Below, piece by piece: positions 54,918 to 58,796 of a stretch of DNA of 58,796 nt. The stretch lies in IMG/VR virus record IMGVR_UViG_3300032287_001302; one strand, written 5' to 3'. Each line of letters begins with the position of its first letter. Position 1 is the stretch's first letter. The position numbers and the translations under genes were made by a program. The DNA is from a virus. Under the pieces are notes generated by a model that was not told the origin of the DNA, searched no databases, and saw nothing but the letters and a program-made list of their open reading frames with translations.

Positions 54918-55757
54918 TTAGAAAGTTACTGTTCCAGATGAAGTCCAAGTGTAAATCTGATACCCATCAGCGTAGTTTATCTGAGGGTTGCCTGTTGTAG
55001 AAGTGGGTGGAGCGCAGTTAGCAGGGTAACGAATGATTACGATTCCAGAGCCGCCTGCGCCGCCTGCATAAGAGCCAGCCGCACCGCCGGGCGTTGCACC
55101 GCCACCACCAGTGTTTGCTTGACCAGCACCTCCAGTGCCATCTACTGGAGTATTACCACCGCCTCCGCCTCCGCCTAAGTAAGGCCCAGCACCGCTGTAC
55201 GCTCCCCCAGCACCGCCGCCAGCATAAAAGACTTTTTGCCCTGTAATGGTAGAACAAAGCCCTGTTCCGCCATTTCCGCCTCTTGTTCCGCTAGCATCTC
55301 CTCCTACGCTTCCCGCGCCTCCGCCGCCTCCGCCTCCGCCAGAATATCCGCCTGAACCTGCGCCACCAGCATTACCTTGACCAGATGTTCCAGCGCCACC
55401 AACACTAACAGTGCCAGTAGTAGCCGTACCTCCGCCAGAGCCACCTGTACCACCACCAGCCGCGCCAGCCGTTCCGCCGCCTGTTGCAGTGATTGAACTA
55501 AAAACAGAGTTAGAACCTGCGCCAGAAGTAGCATTTACTGTTGCTCCAGCACCTCCAGCGCCAACAGTAACAGTCAAGGCAGAACCTGTAGAAACAGAAA
55601 AACCAGCCGCAGTTAAAAGACCACCTGCACCTCCACCACTTCCATTGCCACCACCACCAGCACCCCCAGCAACAACTAAATATTCAACCGTAGCAGTGAC
55701 TCCGCTGGTCAGCGGGTTAAAGGTAGCCGATATGTAACCACCAAGGTTAGCCGACAT
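54918..55757 (-). CDS. Glycine-rich paralog C (279 aa)
   Basis: VEYLVVAGGAGGGG ... GGSGIVIIRYP ... SSGTVTF-stop. Confidence 0.75.
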   Translation of the reverse strand: MSANLGGYISATFNPLTSGVTATVEYLVVAGGAGGGGNGSGGGAGGLLTAAGFSVSTGSALTVTVGAGGAGATVNATSGAGSNSVFSSITATGGGTAGAAGGGTGGSGGGTATTGTVSVGGAGTSGQGNAGGAGSGGYSGGGGGGGGAGSVGGDASGTRGGNGGTGLCSTITGQKVFYAGGGAGGAYSGAGPYLGGGGGGGNTPVDGTGGAGQANTGGGGATPGGAAGSYAGGAGGSGIVIIRYPANCAPPTSTTGNPQINYADGYQIYTWTSSGTVTF

Positions 55758-55760
55758 GGA

Positions 55761-56270
55761 TTAGCTCCAGTTGGCAGATTGCACTGCCGTGATGAATGAT
55801 GGCATATCTTGAGCCGCAGTTACTGCCGCAGTCAAGCGGTCACATTCAGCCAAAATAGCCGCACGTTTAGCCACTGTCTCAGCAGGAATGTCCACACTGC
55901 GCTCTGCCTTGCGAATCACCATCCAGTCAGTTGAAGATAGCATTGAGTTGGCTGTCTGTTTAAACTGAGCGATGTAGTTAGACTTCAGACCCTTGGTTGT
56001 GATGGGTTCTGTCTGGCCTTCGGGCGTTTCAGTTACATCTTCCAAAGCCTTGGCTGTGTTGACGTAGTTGCGTGTGACGTAGGTGTCACCAACAGAGTAG
56101 CTACCAAAGGTTACCCAGTAGAAGCGTTCGTCTTCACGGTTGCCGTCAATGATTTCCTTGGCTCCATGCTGTGACGCATACAGAGCCGTTGGTTGGAATT
56201 CGTTGGGGAACAACGTCTGAAGTTCACCGATCTGGGTGATTTCGTTGTTTGGGGTTACAAGTGCGTACAT
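55761..56270 (-). CDS. Putative tail-fibre assembly/chaperone-like protein (DUF4376-like C-terminus, 169 aa)
   Basis: LSSTDWMVIRKAERSVDIPAETVAKRAAILAECDRL resembles the DUF4376 pattern. Confidence 0.5.
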   Translation of the reverse strand: MYALVTPNNEITQIGELQTLFPNEFQPTALYASQHGAKEIIDGNREDERFYWVTFGSYSVGDTYVTRNYVNTAKALEDVTETPEGQTEPITTKGLKSNYIAQFKQTANSMLSSTDWMVIRKAERSVDIPAETVAKRAAILAECDRLTAAVTAAQDMPSFITAVQSANWS

Positions 56271-56278
56271 ATTGAGTC

Positions 56279-58796
56279 CTATCGTGCAAGTGCGTATTTA
56301 AAGGGATTTTCAGCAAAGGCCATGTAAATGTATGTAGTTCCATTGGCGTTCCAATCAGGGTCAGCATCTCTCCATTTAAAGCCATTACTTAAAAAGTCTT
56401 GCTGTACAAATGTTGCCGTTGCTTCTGCATTTGAGGAGTTTGCGGATATACGATGGTAATTGACGTTGTAAGGGTCTCTAACATCATCATTTATCCACCA
56501 ACTACCAGTAGCAGTAGATTTAATCATTACATAAGCAGGTTTAAATCCTGTGTATACAAAAGTTCCATTAGTAGAACCATTGCCTGTGTAAGAGCCAAAC
56601 GCAGAATATCCTGCTATTGGTGCAAAGCAGTAGGCGACCATTGTTCCTGTGCTTGGGTTTGTATCTGTGCTTGTGCCAAGCGTAATTAAAGTTGATGTTG
56701 GCGTTGTGCTGTTTAACATCCCCGGAGAAGCGGCAGAGGCATTAGTTAAATTAAGATACACACTATTGGCATTACCAAGAGATGTGTGATATGTCTGCCA
56801 ATCCGAAGTGCCGCTTCGTTTTTTAAAGATAATCATTGATGGCACAGCACCAAGACCATGCCCAACAGTTGCACCCGCTGACCCTGTACCCGTGTAGGTA
56901 ACAATCGAGAACCCACTTGTAGTGTTTGCGCTTACAGTTGAAGTGATTGACCCTGCTGTGTTGGTGACTGCGGTTGCGTTTGATGCTCTCCAGTTCCATG
57001 CGACATAAGTGTACGGACTAGTATTGTAGGCAGTGCCTAATAAAAAACCATCGGTGTTAAAACTTGCTATGCTGTCATAAGTAATTTCGTCACTTGTGCT
57101 ATTTGAAATCAAACCCTTAGTAGAGCCACGAACAGCATCAAACAACCCATGTTGGAATGCCCCACTTCTTGATTTTAACCAACTAAAATCAGGCTGAAAC
57201 CCAACACCAGTTATGTTTAAACTTGCGCTTGTACCTGTGTACAAAACAGTATTAAAGTATTTCCCCGCCAAAGTTGCACTTGTCGCCCCAATCGTAGGCG
57301 TTGGCAAGTTCTGTGTGCAAAGTGCTTTGAAGCCTGATGGGGCTGTGTAGGCAAATGGGCGTTGACCGAAGTTAATGTCGCAAGTAGCAGTTTGTAAACT
57401 TACGCCAATAAAATATGTCCCCGCTGACAGTCCAGTAAATGCCGTTCCTTGACTAGTTCCATTTTTATAATAAGTTATAGTTCCCGCATCCAAATCAAGA
57501 GCAACACCAATTACATCGCCATTTGTCCAAGTTGCGGCATAACTTACGCCAGAGCCATTGTTGTATTTTTGACCAGAAAATTCATAGCCATAAGAATACA
57601 AAGTACCGCCAGCAAATCCATCTGTATTTGCATAACCTTGCAAAGCAACACCCAAAATTGCAGTTGAACCAGTTGTAGTCCAAACGCCTTCCGCATACCA
57701 TTTGCCTGACGATACGCCAATTGTTGAGTAAGAACTTTTATTTCCTGTGGCGGCATTTGTAGCGTTTAAATTACCATTAGATAATGTCACGCCAGTTGAT
57801 AACGCATTTAATGTTGAGTAGTTCCCCCGCACAGACCCACCCGCACCAGTATCAGTTCCATACAATGTTGGTGAATCAACAAGAGAGTCATTACCCGCAC
57901 CCGCAGTCACGCTAAAGTTATTAGGTGTCCAGTTGTTGCCGTTACCTGAGTAGTCTTTACCCAATGTTGCGGCTGTGGTGTTGCTGTTGTCTGAGAAGTT
58001 CAGATAGAAGCCGTTAGTGCCGTACCCGCCAACATACTTTGCTGGCGACCAAATGCCCGTTGTTGGGTTGACATAGCCAAATGATGTTGCTGTCAGGGCC
58101 TGACCATCAACAAAGTTTACTTCGGTCATGTAGCCAGAAAAGTATTCAGCCCCATAGGGGGCCGCGCCACTCAAATTATGTTGCGTTGCAGTATTTATTT
58201 GAGTTTCGTAGTTTTGTGCTGGGTATGTTGCTGTGCTAAACGCTGTAACTTGCACACCGTTAATATAAAATTTTAATCGGTCAGAAGCTGTTGCTTGTGT
58301 CGTGTCAGTTGCAATAACAATGTGATACCAAGCAGAAACATCCCTAAAAACTTGGGTAGTAGTTAAGGTCAAACTTGTATCAGCGTAATTGAATTGATCA
58401 TTTGCAAAATATATTAACGCATAAGGACTTCCAGTTGGTCTTGATGAAAAAATCTGTTGGGTTGTACCTAATGCACTTCGTTTAACCCAAGCACTCCAAG
58501 TCCAAGTCTTACGATTACCCGCACTTGGAAAAGTTCTAGCCACATAAGAGCCGTCAGGACTATTAAACCGCAATGACCTGCTAATCTGATATTCAGAAAC
58601 AACTGTAGGCGTTGTTGGAGCCAATGTGCCTGAAGCTGTGAAGTTGTGGACAATGTATCCATTGCTATAGGTTACTGTACCGCCAGTGTAGAACTGCACG
58701 TTGCCGGGGTATCTGACTACTACGATGCCTGAACCGCCTGAACCGCCTGCGTAGTGTCCACCAGAATATCCTGCGCCACCTCCACCTCCACCCGTG
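56279..58796 (-). CDS. C-terminal 806+ codons of the wrap-around 1067-aa fibre protein: LamG-like lectin, SPRY-like domain, then three YTG.G..GF.P repeat modules
   Basis: The GTG at 58699 in the track is an internal Val. GKWYAEG...GDVIGVALDLDAGTITYYKNG is a classic SPRY signature; TWTWSAWVK...WYHIVIA...KFYINGV looks LamG-like. Confidence 0.8.
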   Translation of the reverse strand, partial: TGGGGGGAGYSGGHYAGGSGGSGIVVVRYPGNVQFYTGGTVTYSNGYIVHNFTASGTLAPTTPTVVSEYQISRSLRFNSPDGSYVARTFPSAGNRKTWTWSAWVKRSALGTTQQIFSSRPTGSPYALIYFANDQFNYADTSLTLTTTQVFRDVSAWYHIVIATDTTQATASDRLKFYINGVQVTAFSTATYPAQNYETQINTATQHNLSGAAPYGAEYFSGYMTEVNFVDGQALTATSFGYVNPTTGIWSPAKYVGGYGTNGFYLNFSDNSNTTAATLGKDYSGNGNNWTPNNFSVTAGAGNDSLVDSPTLYGTDTGAGGSVRGNYSTLNALSTGVTLSNGNLNATNAATGNKSSYSTIGVSSGKWYAEGVWTTTGSTAILGVALQGYANTDGFAGGTLYSYGYEFSGQKYNNGSGVSYAATWTNGDVIGVALDLDAGTITYYKNGTSQGTAFTGLSAGTYFIGVSLQTATCDINFGQRPFAYTAPSGFKALCTQNLPTPTIGATSATLAGKYFNTVLYTGTSASLNITGVGFQPDFSWLKSRSGAFQHGLFDAVRGSTKGLISNSTSDEITYDSIASFNTDGFLLGTAYNTSPYTYVAWNWRASNATAVTNTAGSITSTVSANTTSGFSIVTYTGTGSAGATVGHGLGAVPSMIIFKKRSGTSDWQTYHTSLGNANSVYLNLTNASAASPGMLNSTTPTSTLITLGTSTDTNPSTGTMVAYCFAPIAGYSAFGSYTGNGSTNGTFVYTGFKPAYVMIKSTATGSWWINDDVRDPYNVNYHRISANSSNAEATATFVQQDFLSNGFKWRDADPDWNANGTTYIYMAFAENPFKYALAR
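58674..58796. repeat. Terminal direct repeat, copy 2 (identical to 1..123)
   Basis: Direct reading of both window ends. Confidence 0.9.

Overview
The window looks like a complete, circularly closed dsDNA phage genome. Bases 1-123 are identical to 58674-58796, so the unique length is 58,673 bp, and a 1067-codon ORF reads in frame across the junction. There are two divergent arms. The + strand arm (about 15.4-35.1 kb) holds early and replication genes: many small ORFs coupled by ATGA/GTGA overlaps, a MoxR-like AAA+ ATPase, a VWA/HExxH protein, DUF3310, family A DNA polymerase, Cas4-like PD-(D/E)XK nuclease, VRR-NUC, SNF2 helicase, an SSB-like protein and a primase-polymerase/helicase fusion. 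The - strand arm runs from 14.9 kb down through position 1, wraps, and continues to 35.2 kb. In order it carries an RHH regulator, TerS candidate, TerL, portal, three small paralogs ending in GKAC, scaffold, major capsid, adaptors and fibre proteins. These are followed by four glycine-rich paralogs (one fused to LamG/SPRY lectin modules), a run of small membrane proteins and a lipoprotein, and a holin candidate. The arm ends with nested Rz/Rz1 spanins, a GH19 endolysin, tail proteins, internal virion proteins including a 2140-aa PLxRFG-type giant, and three small basic proteins. I found no tRNA, integrase, phage RNA polymerase, CRISPR array or reverse transcriptase. Sigma70-type promoters and spanins point to a Gram-negative host and dependence on host RNAP. 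The gene content is podovirus-like, but I cannot assign a taxon or host from sequence alone. All family calls come from motifs read by eye, not from searches. The most unusual items are the multi-paralog glycine-rich receptor-binding locus, the MoxR/VWA module, a TTATCCA-rich non-coding region, a hairpin motif recurring at cistron ends, the GKAC triplet and the HExxH motif inside the giant virion protein.
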